Counted from the stretch's first letter, positions 22,922 to 33,283 are shown. The stretch is 64,000 nt of DNA from Oscillatoria sp. PCC 10802 (GCF_000332335.1 NZ_KB235948.1:4286977-4350976), one strand, 5' to 3'. The notes: generated from the sequence alone by a model not told the origin. Numbers and translations: made by a program.

Positions 22922-24310
22922 TCAGCCTTTTAACAGGCGAGCCTCCGCTGCGTCCAAATAGCGGCTTTCTAGTTTCAAAGACACATCCCCAAAGTCTTCT
23001 GGCCAGTCTCCAAACGCTCCCGCCTCATCCAGATCCGCGCTGCTGACTTCTGTAACACCGTCCTCTCGCCGTGTGAACCAGTGAAGTTTTACTGCGTCTG
23101 GCAACAGCTTCCCCTCTGCGACTAGAGATTGAACCGCCAGCAGCAGCACTTCGCTGTGGGTTTCCACAACGACTCGCACACCCCGAGAAGCCGCCTCGGC
23201 TAATACCTCTGCCAGAGCAGCTTGAGCCCGAGGATGCAGGTGAATTTCTGGCTGTTCTATGTAAACTAATTGGCCTGGTTCCGCTACCAGAAGGGCAACA
23301 AGCACCGGCAAAACCTGAGACACTCCGAACCCAACGTCAGCCACACTCACCATATCTATAACTCGACCTCGACGAGGCAAACGACCGACCTGCAGTTCAA
23401 CTTGCGTGTCATCAACCTGTCGGGCTCCCACTTTACAAGTCAGTCCCAGAGTTTCCAGAAAACGGCCCAAGTCTTGCAGACGTTTATCTTTAATTTTTTG
23501 CCATTGATTGACCACACTAGCAACGTAATTTTCAAACGTTCCCTGAAAGTCGCTGCCAACCGCTGTGATTTTGTAAGTTCGTTCTGGATTCCCTCGCAGT
23601 CCGGGAACGTGGATTACCTTTCTTATATAATTTTCAAATAACTCAGCTGGGCTTTTAATCAGCCGGAAAAATGACTGCTGCGCTAACTTCTCTCCCCCCG
23701 CACTTAATACGACTTCCAAAAAACATCTGTTCCTCCTCACACACCAATTCAATAAAATTTTTTGGCTTTCTGAAAAACTCACTTCAACTTCTTTCCTTTT
23801 AAATAAAGCTTCTTTTAAAGGATGGAAAGCTCCCGCCAACTTTTCTGCAGCCTGCCTAATATCCTCTTCCGCCATATTATACGAAATTGGAATTCGTTCG
23901 TCTTCATTCCTATAGGTCATTTCAGCCATTTCAATTCCTGTTTCGGGGTGCTTCTTAAAAAGCGTGCTGAGAAACTGACAATTGCTGATTTCAATCTTAA
24001 CACTAAAGCTATCACTGCTGTTCTTCTCAGACAGCTGAGAAAATAACTGTCCCGCTGAAGTAAACCTCACATTGGGCCCGGACAGCAGCAGCGGGCCAGG
24101 ATCGTAAGTTGCTTCCAGCGTTTGCTTGAGTAACAGCAGCGGCTGCATGATGCTGGATTTGCCGGAACTGTTGGCACCGGCAAGAATTGTCAGCGGACGG
24201 ATTTCCACACTGCACTCTTCGTACAGAGACTTGTACCCGCGTACTGAAATGCCGGCGATTCCCGGAGGGGAATCTTGCCTCTGACTTTTGGAATAGGTAG
24301 CTTGACTCAT
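22922..24310 (-). CDS. ABC/SMC-type AAA ATPase (AAA_21/DUF3696-like)
   Basis: 462 aa. Walker A ILAGANSSGKSSIMQ. Walker B/D-loop QLVYIEQPEIHLHP. H-loop VVETHSEVLL. No transmembrane or transporter partner nearby, as is typical of defence-island ATPases. Confidence 0.75.
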   Translation of the reverse strand: MSQATYSKSQRQDSPPGIAGISVRGYKSLYEECSVEIRPLTILAGANSSGKSSIMQPLLLLKQTLEATYDPGPLLLSGPNVRFTSAGQLFSQLSEKNSSDSFSVKIEISNCQFLSTLFKKHPETGIEMAEMTYRNEDERIPISYNMAEEDIRQAAEKLAGAFHPLKEALFKRKEVEVSFSESQKILLNWCVRRNRCFLEVVLSAGGEKLAQQSFFRLIKSPAELFENYIRKVIHVPGLRGNPERTYKITAVGSDFQGTFENYVASVVNQWQKIKDKRLQDLGRFLETLGLTCKVGARQVDDTQVELQVGRLPRRGRVIDMVSVADVGFGVSQVLPVLVALLVAEPGQLVYIEQPEIHLHPRAQAALAEVLAEAASRGVRVVVETHSEVLLLAVQSLVAEGKLLPDAVKLHWFTRREDGVTEVSSADLDEAGAFGDWPEDFGDVSLKLESRYLDAAEARLLKG

Positions 24311-24334
24311 GCTCTTAGCTCCGGCTCATCCCTC

Positions 24335-25303
24335 TCAGCATATCAATCTTTCCCCCTGCAGTTCAGCATAAGCTGAGTAGACTCCTCTCACATTATACCA
24401 GTTCAGGAAAATTCGCGCAATCTCCAGAGCTAACTGAGATTTCCCCCTGTCAATCAGCCACTGTAATAGAGGAGCCACTGTCCGCTCGTTCAGTCTTCCC
24501 CCCAGGGAGAGCGCCCCCCAAAGCAGCCGGTGCAGCCAAGTCATTTGAATCATCATTCGCACCTCCCAGGTGGGATGCTTTTGGTAGAACAGCACCCCCA
24601 TGCGACCGCGCTGAATTTCTTTATCAATCAGCGCCGGCAGCTGCTCCAAGGAAAAGGGGGGATGCCAGTGATAGCCGGCAGCGGCTGGGCATTTAATGAG
24701 TTTCAGCCCCAGCTGCTTTAGCCGCACCCCCAGTTCCAGGTCCTCCCAGCCGTAGAGTTGAAACCTCGTGTCAAACAGGCCGGCTTTTTCCAACCATTTA
24801 CGGGGGATAGCGACATTCCCTGTAGCGAAATACGCCGCAGAAAAATCGGTTATCTTGTAGCGCTCCGCCGTGGGGTTATCGAAGTTGGCGGTGTTGATAA
24901 CCCGACCGTATGTAAACACCCGATCCCCTCCCGACTCCTGAAATCCCCGCAGCAGCGCCTCAGCGTGCGCCGCGAGAAAATTCTCCGTGACGACTAGATC
25001 GCTGTCTATAAAAATAATAGTGTCACCGGCAGCCTTTTGTATTCCTAGATTCCGGGCAGCAGCTGGCCCACTGTGGTCTTGACAGAACCGGCGCAGGTGG
25101 GGAAACTCAGCGGAGTGTTCTTCCAGCCACTCGATCGTACCATCCGTCGAGCCATCATCCACCAGCACCACCTCGTAGCCGGTGACGGGGCTCTCACCCC
25201 CCAGCTGCTGGCGTTCCAGCGCGCGCAGGCACTTTTTCAGAATTGCCCTGCGATTGTAAGTTGGAATCACAACACTGAAAAACACTTCTTCCCCCCGCAG
25301 CAA
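24335..25303 (-). CDS. Glycosyltransferase family 2
   Basis: 322 aa. FSVVIPTYNRRAILKKCLRALERQ...YEVVLVDDGSTDGT, plus DxD (FIDSDL) motifs. Confidence 0.85.
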   Translation of the reverse strand: MLRGEEVFFSVVIPTYNRRAILKKCLRALERQQLGGESPVTGYEVVLVDDGSTDGTIEWLEEHSAEFPHLRRFCQDHSGPAAARNLGIQKAAGDTIIFIDSDLVVTENFLAAHAEALLRGFQESGGDRVFTYGRVINTANFDNPTAERYKITDFSAAYFATGNVAIPRKWLEKAGLFDTRFQLYGWEDLELGVRLKQLGLKLIKCPAAAGYHWHPPFSLEQLPALIDKEIQRGRMGVLFYQKHPTWEVRMMIQMTWLHRLLWGALSLGGRLNERTVAPLLQWLIDRGKSQLALEIARIFLNWYNVRGVYSAYAELQGERLIC

Positions 25304-26780
25304 ACCTTCTGAGCGGACGCACTTGACACCTGACCGCTAAATCGAACATTTACTTGAATACTCTTGAGATATCTAATCTTTGCGCTTCTCATTGTGAGCC
25401 CTCTAGCTAAACTCCCCACACACGCCTCCTTCGGGGGGTGCGCACACCTTCGCCTCACTTGACTGTTGGGCGCAGCGGAGACTTTCCGCCGCTTTTCCGT
25501 ACCGGGTGGGGGAATTGGGAGAGTGAGGTTTGCCATAAACTGACGGTCTGTTGCGATAGCCGGCAGCGCCGGGATTTCGGTAAATTTCAGGTTATTTCGC
25601 TCCACCGGCTTGATTCCCTGTTCCCACTCCCGATTGCAACCAACCCCCCCCTTGACAGTGAAGTTATAAAGGCAGCTCTTAATGATGTAGCGCTCAGTTT
25701 TCTTCAAGCTGTCTTTCCCCGGCGCTCTGTTGCAGTTTTTAACCTGCCGTTTCAGAAGCTCAGCACTCCCTCTAACTCTCTGCTTTTCATGGACTGACTT
25801 CCCTTTCCCCCTCCGTGAGGTGTGCCGCTGTTCTTTGAACACCTTTAACACGCTGTCATTGCCCCTCAATTCTGCCCCCTTACTTCCAGCACCCCTGCCA
25901 AAATTATCCCGCCTAAAATCGAGTGTTCTTATTAGGTCGTGCAGATTAACCGCACTCATAAACCCATGCCTCATGCCCCATGCCCCATGCCCGACATCAG
26001 AAATATTATGGATATACAGCCTGACGCGATCTAACGCCCTGTTTGTGCCTGACTGCGTTGGGTGAGCTGATAGCTCACAGACTTCTGCGATTTCTGCTTT
26101 CCTGTCCTTGCGGTGGAAAACCCCCTTTCTTGGGCGCAGGGCGCAGGTGCTGGGGAATGCCAAACACCGGCAATAGCAACCCTTTGAGTCAATCAATAAG
26201 TTTCGCTTATCGCCTGGAGTCTGGGAGTTTTCCTTTTTAAATAAATGAGCCCTGTCTGTGGGGCCTTGCGGCATGTAAGGGTTTTTCGCTATTCTTGGCA
26301 TCGGGGGAGTGGGAGTCGGCGGGGATGAATCGCCCCTGGTGGGTGTAATGCTGTCGAACATTGTAGAATACAAGACTGTATGGGTTTTTGCAGCTAAGCC
26401 TCTCAAGCGGTTTTTGGGAGTGGGAACCGGGGAATTCTGGAATCCATTGGCGTCATTATACCACAGACTTGGGCATTCCTCTGTCACCGGCAGATATTGT
26501 GACAGTATTCTGCCGGATTTTGCCGCTAGCGACCTGCTGGCCCACCGGCGAGAGCGAGGGAATGTCGGGACAGGTGCGGCCAGCGCAGATTTCTCCGCCT
26601 GAAACATCTATATTTGGCTTTGCCCTCTCTCCCTCTATCTCTTAACCGCACCGCTCAGATATTCAAAATTATTTTAGCGGAAGTGCTGTTCGGGTGGGGG
26701 CGGGTTGCACAGGGCGGATTGCGCTGCCCAGAGTGGGGACATGCGGCTCGCCCGCCCCGGAGTGCCGGCGAGCCCGAACC

Positions 26781-27398
26781 TCACAGCTTTTTGGGGGCGG
26801 CACGCCCCAGCAAGCGAATCAGGGCAACGCCGGTGAGAGCGGAGACAGCAAACCACGTCACCGCCAAACCCACTAACTCGCCGAGGAACAGGCGCGTGGA
26901 CAGGCGAACAGCCCAGCCCACAGCCCAGCCCAGGGGCAGCCCCAACGCCCAGCTGGCGGCACTGGCAAAGATCCAAGTCCCATCTCTGGCGACTTGCTTT
27001 TGGATGGTTAGCCACTGCGCCAGTCCAGTCAGAGCCCCCACCAGCGCTCCGTCGAAAACCCCATTAATCAACCGGAATCCGATATTTTCGCTTGTGGGTG
27101 CCATCCAGCCCAGGGCACCCACGCTGCTCGCCCCGATCAAGCCCCAGCTGAGGGCAGATGCCAATATCCACCGGCTCGCTTGGGGGAAGAGCTGTCTGAG
27201 GACAGCCCACTGCGCCAAGCCAATCGCCGCACCGCCGGCTAACCCTTGCACCACCCCCACATAAGGTCTGACACCGATTTCAACAAACAGCAGGCTCACC
27301 AAAAAGCCGGCTTGGGTGAGAGACACCCACTGCAACCAGAAAGCCCGTTCCTTGCTGGCGAGTTTGACAGGGGCATAGTAATAGAACGTTGCTGACAT
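26781..27398 (-). CDS. Hypothetical polytopic membrane protein
   Basis: Real start taken as the internal ATG at 27398 (MSATFYYYAPVKLASKERAFWLQW). About 205 aa with 5-6 hydrophobic helices rich in G/A/L/W. The long N-terminal extension in the ORF track overlaps the GHL10 gene and is rejected. Confidence 0.5.
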   Translation of the reverse strand: MSATFYYYAPVKLASKERAFWLQWVSLTQAGFLVSLLFVEIGVRPYVGVVQGLAGGAAIGLAQWAVLRQLFPQASRWILASALSWGLIGASSVGALGWMAPTSENIGFRLINGVFDGALVGALTGLAQWLTIQKQVARDGTWIFASAASWALGLPLGWAVGWAVRLSTRLFLGELVGLAVTWFAVSALTGVALIRLLGRAAPKKL

Positions 27399-27464
27399 TG
27401 GCGTTAAAAAAGTTCCGGGTAAAAGTGACGCAATCGAATCTGAGAGCTGCGCGGCCAGAAACCG

Positions 27465-27493
27465 GGTTTCTTTGAGAAACCCGGTTTCTCGGC
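27465..27493 (-). terminator. AGAAACCGGGTTTCTTTGAGAAACCCGGTTTCT hairpin, terminator of GHL10 gene
   Basis: Inverted repeat 12 nt downstream of the stop of the 27505..28857 gene. Confidence 0.5.
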
Positions 27494-27504
27494 TTCTATA
27501 AATT

Positions 27505-28857
27505 CTATCCCGCTGGAGTTGGCTTTTGCAAAAGTTTCGGTCGTGTGGCGGGCTCAGAAAAAATGTCCTGGAATGCCGCGCGGCGCTCCGGTGGCGACTC
27601 GGGTGCGATATAGCCCCACAAGCTCTCCCAGTAAAAAAAAGAGACGCCATTAAATCCGCGCTCGCGAGCCACCTGCACTTGCTTCTCGATTTGCTCCATA
27701 GCGACAGGACGCCCCCAGGTTCCGGTTGATATCCCCACGCCCACGGGAATCTTGCTGCGAGCCGCCGCCAGAGCCGGTTTTTGCAATTCCTCCACAAAAG
27801 TTGTCATGTCACCTCGATATACCTGCACCACCAATTCCTCTACCAAACCGCGCTGCACCCAAGTCGGCCAGTCTTGCAGATAGAGTTTGTATGAATAATC
27901 TTGCGAATTGGGAGACAGGGATATAATGCAGTTGGGGCTGACTGTTTTGACAGCCTGGTAGACCTTTTGCATGAAATCCGTAATCTTGTCGGCTCGCCAG
28001 CGCATCCACTCGGCGTCTCTGGGATTGTCAGGAGGGTTTTTGCCTGCGTGCTCTTGCTGGTAAAGCCGGAGCGTGAAAGGATCGTAACCGAATTCCACCG
28101 GCATGGCAAAGCGATCGTCAATTTGAATGCCAGCGACTCCATATTTACTGACAACTTCCACGAGCAAGTCGAGCATGAACTTCTGCACTTCTGGGTGGAG
28201 GGGGTTGAGCCAGACTTGGCTGATCTCCATCTGCTTGAGGATAAACTGCCTGACGTTTTCCCACACCGGCTTGGCGGTTGAATTGCCAGAGTCGATGCCG
28301 TTCTGTTCGTCGGCAATCTCCTTGAGAATCTGGCTGCTGTTGCGGCGAAAAGTCACCCACTCCGGGTGCCGGCGAACCAGTTCTGAGTTCGCCGGTGCCA
28401 TGAAGCCATACTCAAACCACGGGATAACGTCCATCTGGTAGCGGTATCCCTGTTTGATTATCTCCGCCAGGGAATCCTGCCCCAGCCGCACCAGCCCCAG
28501 CAGTGGCTCTCGATCTCGCCCCGTCACCTGTTTCGCCACCTGGCTCGGGTAAAAGGTCTGCCCCCGGTTCCACACGACCGGATATACTGTATTAAAGTTT
28601 AGTTGCGAGAGCTGCCGCATCGCTCGGTTCACCCCCCACGGGGCAAATAGCACTCCGCTAGTCACATTGGTCAGCCACACGCCCCGCACCTCTGTTCTAG
28701 CCGCCGGCGCGGCGGGAGAGCGGACTCCCACCGGACTCCCAACCCCTGAGATCCCATTGGGGTTGCTTTCGCTAAGTTGCCACAGCGCCGCCAGCAGCGC
28801 CAGTCCCAGGCATAGCAGGTACACCAGCCATCTCTTGTCAAATTTCTTCTTGCCCAT
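27505..28857 (-). CDS. Glycoside hydrolase-like family 10 (GHL10/DUF187) lipoprotein
   Basis: 450 aa. Signal peptide/lipobox region LVYLLCLGLALLAA. RGVWLTNVTSGVLF...NFNTVYPVVWNRGQTFYPS...VIPWFEYGFM TIM-barrel signature of the YngK/GHL10 family. Confidence 0.8.
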   Translation of the reverse strand: MGKKKFDKRWLVYLLCLGLALLAALWQLSESNPNGISGVGSPVGVRSPAAPAARTEVRGVWLTNVTSGVLFAPWGVNRAMRQLSQLNFNTVYPVVWNRGQTFYPSQVAKQVTGRDREPLLGLVRLGQDSLAEIIKQGYRYQMDVIPWFEYGFMAPANSELVRRHPEWVTFRRNSSQILKEIADEQNGIDSGNSTAKPVWENVRQFILKQMEISQVWLNPLHPEVQKFMLDLLVEVVSKYGVAGIQIDDRFAMPVEFGYDPFTLRLYQQEHAGKNPPDNPRDAEWMRWRADKITDFMQKVYQAVKTVSPNCIISLSPNSQDYSYKLYLQDWPTWVQRGLVEELVVQVYRGDMTTFVEELQKPALAAARSKIPVGVGISTGTWGRPVAMEQIEKQVQVARERGFNGVSFFYWESLWGYIAPESPPERRAAFQDIFSEPATRPKLLQKPTPAG

Positions 28858-29480
28858 CGTCCCTCAATAGCTGTGTTTACTGCTGTCAGAAGGTTTGAGT
28901 AACGAGCGCGCACCTTTGGTTCCGAGTCTCGCCCACCTGTGCCACCGGCAGCCGGGCGGTAACAGCGCTTTCAACCCTGGCGCTCCTGCAATTCCTGGCG
29001 AACCCCTTATTCCCTAAATCCCCCACTTGTCCCCTCTTTTTATAAATTTTGTTAATCTCGCACTGCCGGTCGAAAACAAGCTTGTCAATCGGTGAAATTA
29101 TAGAACGCGCTCTCAATCCGCTGCAACTGCGAGCGCGGCACCCTGAACCGGCACCGGCACCGAAACGCTCAAAAAATCCCCGCCAGAGCCTGACTTCCCC
29201 CCCTTCCTCCGGCTGGCTGCGCCGCGTTCTTCAACAAACCTCACTTTCCCCGCTCCCCCACTCGCGTTTTTCCAACAAAATCTTAACAATCGCCCCTCGC
29301 GCCAGACTCACAGCCATTCCCACTCGCCGGTCGGGACAGTTGCCATCCCGCCTGCCAAGCCGGGCACTTCTCTAAAACTTGCCGGCGTTCTAAAGAATTA
29401 TACAGAAATTAGCGGCCTGCCCTTTCATCCCCTCGTTCTGGGGCAGAAGCTGGGAACGCCGCTTTGGAGGCTCTGACTTG

Positions 29481-29579
29481 AACAGGACTTACGCTTGCGT
29501 CTCTATCTGTAGGGTGGGTTAGCGCTAGCGCGTAACCCACCACGCACCACATGAAGTGTCGCGGCCTAAGTCCTGTTGA
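29481..29579. repeat. Dispersed inverted-repeat element, family C (ACAGGACTTACGC...GCGTAAGTCCTGT)
   Basis: Termini are reverse complements enclosing GTAGGGTGGGTTAGCGCTAGCGCGTAACCCACC. A second inverted copy lies at 61403..61500. Confidence 0.7.
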
Positions 29580-29609
29580 AAATGTTTGTAGGGGCGGGTT
29601 CACCAACAT

Positions 29610-29726
29610 CTGATATAATAGTATGCACTTAGGTTAGGACATTATATCAAGAGGGTCGGAGGGAACGCCTGCCCTACGCCTTTTTCCCTAGGTCACGGAT
29701 GTCCTAACCAATATGACTGCTGCTAT
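29610..29726. repeat. MITE-like repeat family A, short copy
   Basis: TAGTATGCACTTAGGTTAGGAC...GTCCTAACCAATATGACTGCTGCTATA. Directly abutting the next full copy. Confidence 0.7.
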
Positions 29727-29886
29727 AGCAGTATGCACTTAGGTTAGAACATTAGACCTTCAGGGGGGGCGGGACGCCTGCCCTACGTCTATATCGCAGT
29801 AAGCATTTAGGAAACGTACATTCCGGCCTCCCTTGCTCCAGAGCTCCCGAAGCTTCTATTGTTCTAACCAATATGACTGCTGCTAT
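29724..29886. repeat. MITE-like repeat family A, complete copy (about 95% identical to 2902..3066)
   Basis: TATAGCAGTATGCACTTAGGTTAGAACATTAGACCTTCAGGGGGGGCGGGACGCCTGCCCTACGTC...GCTTCTATTGTTCTAACCAATATGACTGCTGCTATA. Confidence 0.8.
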
Positions 29887-30520
29887 ATAGCGTAGCGCAC
29901 CCGGACGGTGCTCCTTCGCAGAGACATTTTAGGTAAACCCGCCATTACCGGCAATCGGCGGGCCTCGTAGGGGCGCATAATTTTCATCGGTGGTGCGCAG
30001 TTCCGAAGTAACTGCTTGATTCGGCGCTTTTCTTGGGGTAAAGAATTATGGAGAAATTAGCTGCCTAACCTTTAATTTTTCAACCAATTCCAGTGGCGCA
30101 GTCTGTCACCGGCATCTCTTGACGCGCCTCGGGCAAATTGTGTGCAATTAAGAGATTTTCCCTCTCTCCCCCCCCTCCTAAAAAAGAAGCCAGAAGCAAG
30201 AATAAGCTGTTACGCTTTTAATATGCTTATTGTGGGAAGGAGGCATAGCCTCCAGAAGGGCGTTCCCAGCCTGAGGCTGGGAACGAGGGATAACGAGGGA
30301 TAGAGATGGATAGCAAAAATTAAATCGGCAACAGCTTAGTGCTGGCCGAGCGAGCGAGCTTCCCCGCGCCCCGGCTCTTTGAAGCTCCCCTGCTGCGCTC
30401 CGGGCACTCCTTTGCCGCCCGCCGGTTTCAAATCGTTAAGAATATCGGTAGTTTTTGCTGTCGCTTGGGTAAAATGGGTTAATAATACCTACTTGGTAGT
30501 TTTAGGAAATCTACATATCA

Positions 30521-31723
30521 ATGGGTCGCGCTAAAAAAGTTGTTCTGGCTTATTCCGGCGGAGTCGATACCTCAGTCTGCATTCCCTACCTGAAGCAGGA
30601 GTGGGGGGTTGAGGAAGTGATTGCCCTGGCTGCGGATCTCGGGCAAGGGGAAGAGCTCAAGCCGATACAGGAAAAAGCGCTCAAATCGGGTGCTGTTGAA
30701 TCCCTGGTGGTGGACGCCAAGGAAAGCTTTGTCAAAGACTACGGATTTCCAGCGATTCAGGCGAACGCCCTCTACGAAAATCGCTATCCGCTCTCGACTT
30801 CCCTCGCCCGCCCGCTGATTGCCAAGCTTCTGGTAGAAGCGGCTGAGAAATACGGCGCTGATGCGGTGGCGCACGGCTGCACCGGCAAGGGCAATGACCA
30901 AGTGCGCTTCGACGTTTCGATTGCGGCGCTCAACCCCAACCTGAAAGTCCTGGCACCGGCACGGGAGTGGGGGATGAGCCGGGAGGAAACCATCGCCTAC
31001 GGGGAGAAATTTGGCATTCCCGCGCCGGTGAAGAAATCCTCTCCCTACAGTATAGACCGCAACCTCTTTGGGCGCAGCATTGAGGCAGGCCCGCTGGAAG
31101 ATCCCGAGACGGAACCGCTCGAAGAAATTTATGCCATGACCCAGGCGATCGCCGACACGCCTGACGAGCCTGAATACGTGGAAATTGGCTTTGAGCGCGG
31201 CATGCCGGCCAGCCTCAATGGCCAAGTCCTGCCGGCGGTGGCGCTTGTCGAGCAGCTCAACCAGGTGGTTGGCAAGCACGGCTTCGGGCGCATCGATATG
31301 GTGGAAAACCGGCTCGTGGGCATCAAATCCCGCGAAATCTACGAAACACCGGCACTGCTGGCGCTGATCCTGGCTCACCGGGACTTGGAGAGCCTCACCC
31401 TCACCGCAGATGTCTCCCACTACAAGCGCGGTGTCGAAGAAACCTATGGCCAGCTAGTGTACAATGGCCTTTGGTACAGTCCCTTGAAGGCTGCCCTGGA
31501 CGCTTTCATTCAGCAAACCCAAGAGCGGGTGTCGGGGACGGTGCGGGTTAAGCTGTTCAAGGGCAGCGCCACGATCGTCGGTCGCCGGTCTGACTATTCC
31601 CTCTACAGCCCCGATTTGGCCACCTATGGCGCTGAAGACCAGTTTGACCACAAAGCCGCTGAGGGCTTTATCTATGTCTGGGGTCTGCCCACTCGCGTCT
31701 GGTCGCAAAAAACTAGGGGCTAG
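30521..31723 (+). CDS. argG: Argininosuccinate synthase
   Basis: 400 aa. [20 protein letters not shown]-loop, then canonical ArgG motifs ([24 protein letters not shown]). Confidence 0.93.
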   Translation: MGRAKKVVLAYSGGVDTSVCIPYLKQEWGVEEVIALAADLGQGEELKPIQEKALKSGAVESLVVDAKESFVKDYGFPAIQANALYENRYPLSTSLARPLIAKLLVEAAEKYGADAVAHGCTGKGNDQVRFDVSIAALNPNLKVLAPAREWGMSREETIAYGEKFGIPAPVKKSSPYSIDRNLFGRSIEAGPLEDPETEPLEEIYAMTQAIADTPDEPEYVEIGFERGMPASLNGQVLPAVALVEQLNQVVGKHGFGRIDMVENRLVGIKSREIYETPALLALILAHRDLESLTLTADVSHYKRGVEETYGQLVYNGLWYSPLKAALDAFIQQTQERVSGTVRVKLFKGSATIVGRRSDYSLYSPDLATYGAEDQFDHKAAEGFIYVWGLPTRVWSQKTRG

Positions 31724-31757
31724 AATGCCGGTGAAGTCATCCTAGAAACCTAGAAAC

Positions 31758-31794
31758 AAAGAAACCGGGTTTCTTGAAGAAACCCGGTTTCTGG
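31758..31794 (+). terminator. GAAACCGGGTTTCTTGAAGAAACCCGGTTTC hairpin, argG terminator
   Basis: Inverted repeat 35 nt after the argG stop. The mirror element at 31926..31961 follows the convergent dedA gene. Confidence 0.5.
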
Positions 31795-31925
31795 CCTCAT
31801 TCAATGACTTTATTTGTGTGAGCCCTCTCTTTTTTCTTTCCTTGGCGCGCTCTCACGGGGGCGGTTTATTAAAGAAGTAATTTTCACAAATCAAATATAG
31901 CCTTTCTCATCCTTTGTGAGGTGCC

Positions 31926-31961
31926 CAGAAACCCGGTTTTTTTAAGAAACCGGGTTTCAAA
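31926..31961 (-). terminator. AGAAACCCGGTTTTTTTAAGAAACCGGGTTTC hairpin, DedA gene terminator
   Basis: Inverted repeat just downstream of the minus-strand stop at 31970. Preceded by the conserved TTCTCATCCTTTGT box also seen at 51345. Confidence 0.5.
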
Positions 31962-31969
31962 GGCCATAC

Positions 31970-32599
31970 CTAGTCCCCACTTTCGAGTCCCTTGTTGCGA
32001 GACTCCAGCCAGAGGGGAACGGCAATCCAGGCGACTACCAGAACTAAGGCAACTGCAGCAAATCTGGCGGCTAAACTCACTAACTCCTCTAGGGGCACAA
32101 TTCGCCCGGCAAAGAAGGACAGCGTGACCATCACTGACGCCCACGCTGCTGCCCCAGCCAGGTTGTAGGCTGTAAATTTCAGGTACGGCATTTCCGCAAC
32201 GCCGGCTATGGGGCTAGCAAAAATCCGCAGTAAGGCAATGAACCTGCCCACAAATACCGTCTTGCCGGCGTTTTCGCTAAACCGAGTTTTGAGTTTTAGG
32301 AGCTGTTCTTCCGGAACGCGGAAAATTCGCCCCGCACTCACCAGCAAGGGCCAGCCGCCATACCTGCCTATCCAATAGCCAAAGTTGCCGCCTAAGGTTG
32401 CGCCCAAGATGGCGCTGCCCAGGACGAACCAGTAACTCAGCTCGCCGCTACCTGCCAGAAAGCCCCCGGCTATGGTGATGGTTTCACCGGGTAGCGGCAC
32501 TCCCAGGTTTTCTAGCAAGATTCCCAGAAACACTGCCCAGTAGCCGTATTGGTGGGCAAGTTGCTGAATGGTATCCAGCGATACAAATTCTAATGACAT
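31970..32599 (-). CDS. DedA/SNARE-associated family membrane protein
   Basis: 209 aa. YWAVFLGILLENLGVPLPGETITIAGGFLAG and FVGRFIALLRIFASPIAGVAEMPY motifs of the DedA family. Confidence 0.85.
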   Translation of the reverse strand: MSLEFVSLDTIQQLAHQYGYWAVFLGILLENLGVPLPGETITIAGGFLAGSGELSYWFVLGSAILGATLGGNFGYWIGRYGGWPLLVSAGRIFRVPEEQLLKLKTRFSENAGKTVFVGRFIALLRIFASPIAGVAEMPYLKFTAYNLAGAAAWASVMVTLSFFAGRIVPLEELVSLAARFAAVALVLVVAWIAVPLWLESRNKGLESGD

Positions 32600-32923
32600 T
32601 TAACACTGCCTTTATAATGTCTTAGTATTTTGTAACATATTGGCGTGCCGGTGGGGGTGGCCTCAGCCGGGCCGGCCATTCCCCCACCGGCAAAGGGCCG
32701 GCCCGGCACGTCCGCGCTCGGGTGGCTCTGGCCGATGGGAGAGCCGAACACCGTTTCCGGCAAAATGCCACCTTTTCCACCTGTTTTTCCGTTACATTAA
32801 TCACAGATCCCCCACACCGAAAAAGGGAAACTTATTTCTTACCAGAAGCATCTGAATAATGTTACTGTTTGGTTTTATTCAGCAGCAATCCGCACTTGCC
32901 AGTCTATTGAGTGAACAACAATT

Positions 32924-33283
32924 ATGATGGCCCGACAAGTCAGTCAACCGATCCTCCTCCAGCCCAAACAGCGTCTGGATTCAGAAGGCGGCTGCGCCCT
33001 CCAGCAACAGATTGCTGCCATCGCTCCCCAGTCCCACCAGATATGGGTCATTGATATGAGCCAGGTCGATTTCCTGGACAGCTCGGGGCTTTTTTCCCTG
33101 GTGGCCGGTCTTTCCACCGCTCGCAAACGCGGATGCCGCCTGGTTCTCTGCAATCTCAAAGCTGCAGTCAGGCTGGTCTTTGAAATCTCTCAGCTCGATA
33201 CTGTCTTTGAAATTTTTGACAGCTACGATACTGTTTTAGTTTCCCTCGATCGAGAGGCCGCCTCCCTAAGGAAGGCGGCTTAA
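32924..33283 (+). CDS. STAS-domain anti-sigma-factor antagonist
   Basis: 119 aa. VIDMSQVDFLDSSGLFSLVAGLSTARKRGCRLVLCNL is the SpoIIAA-like fold with the phosphorylatable Ser in the DSSGL motif. Confidence 0.75.
   Translation: MMARQVSQPILLQPKQRLDSEGGCALQQQIAAIAPQSHQIWVIDMSQVDFLDSSGLFSLVAGLSTARKRGCRLVLCNLKAAVRLVFEISQLDTVFEIFDSYDTVLVSLDREAASLRKAA

Noticed and set aside
25267-26607. 446-aa minus-strand ORF
   Set aside because: Arg/Lys/Ser-rich composition that is not protein-like, overlap with the GT2 start, and atypical codon usage. Treated as non-coding.
26781-27797. Full 338-aa extent of the membrane-protein ORF
   Set aside because: The first 133 codons are basic low-complexity and overlap the 3' end of the GHL10 gene. 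The hydrophobic core begins at the internal Met at 27398.
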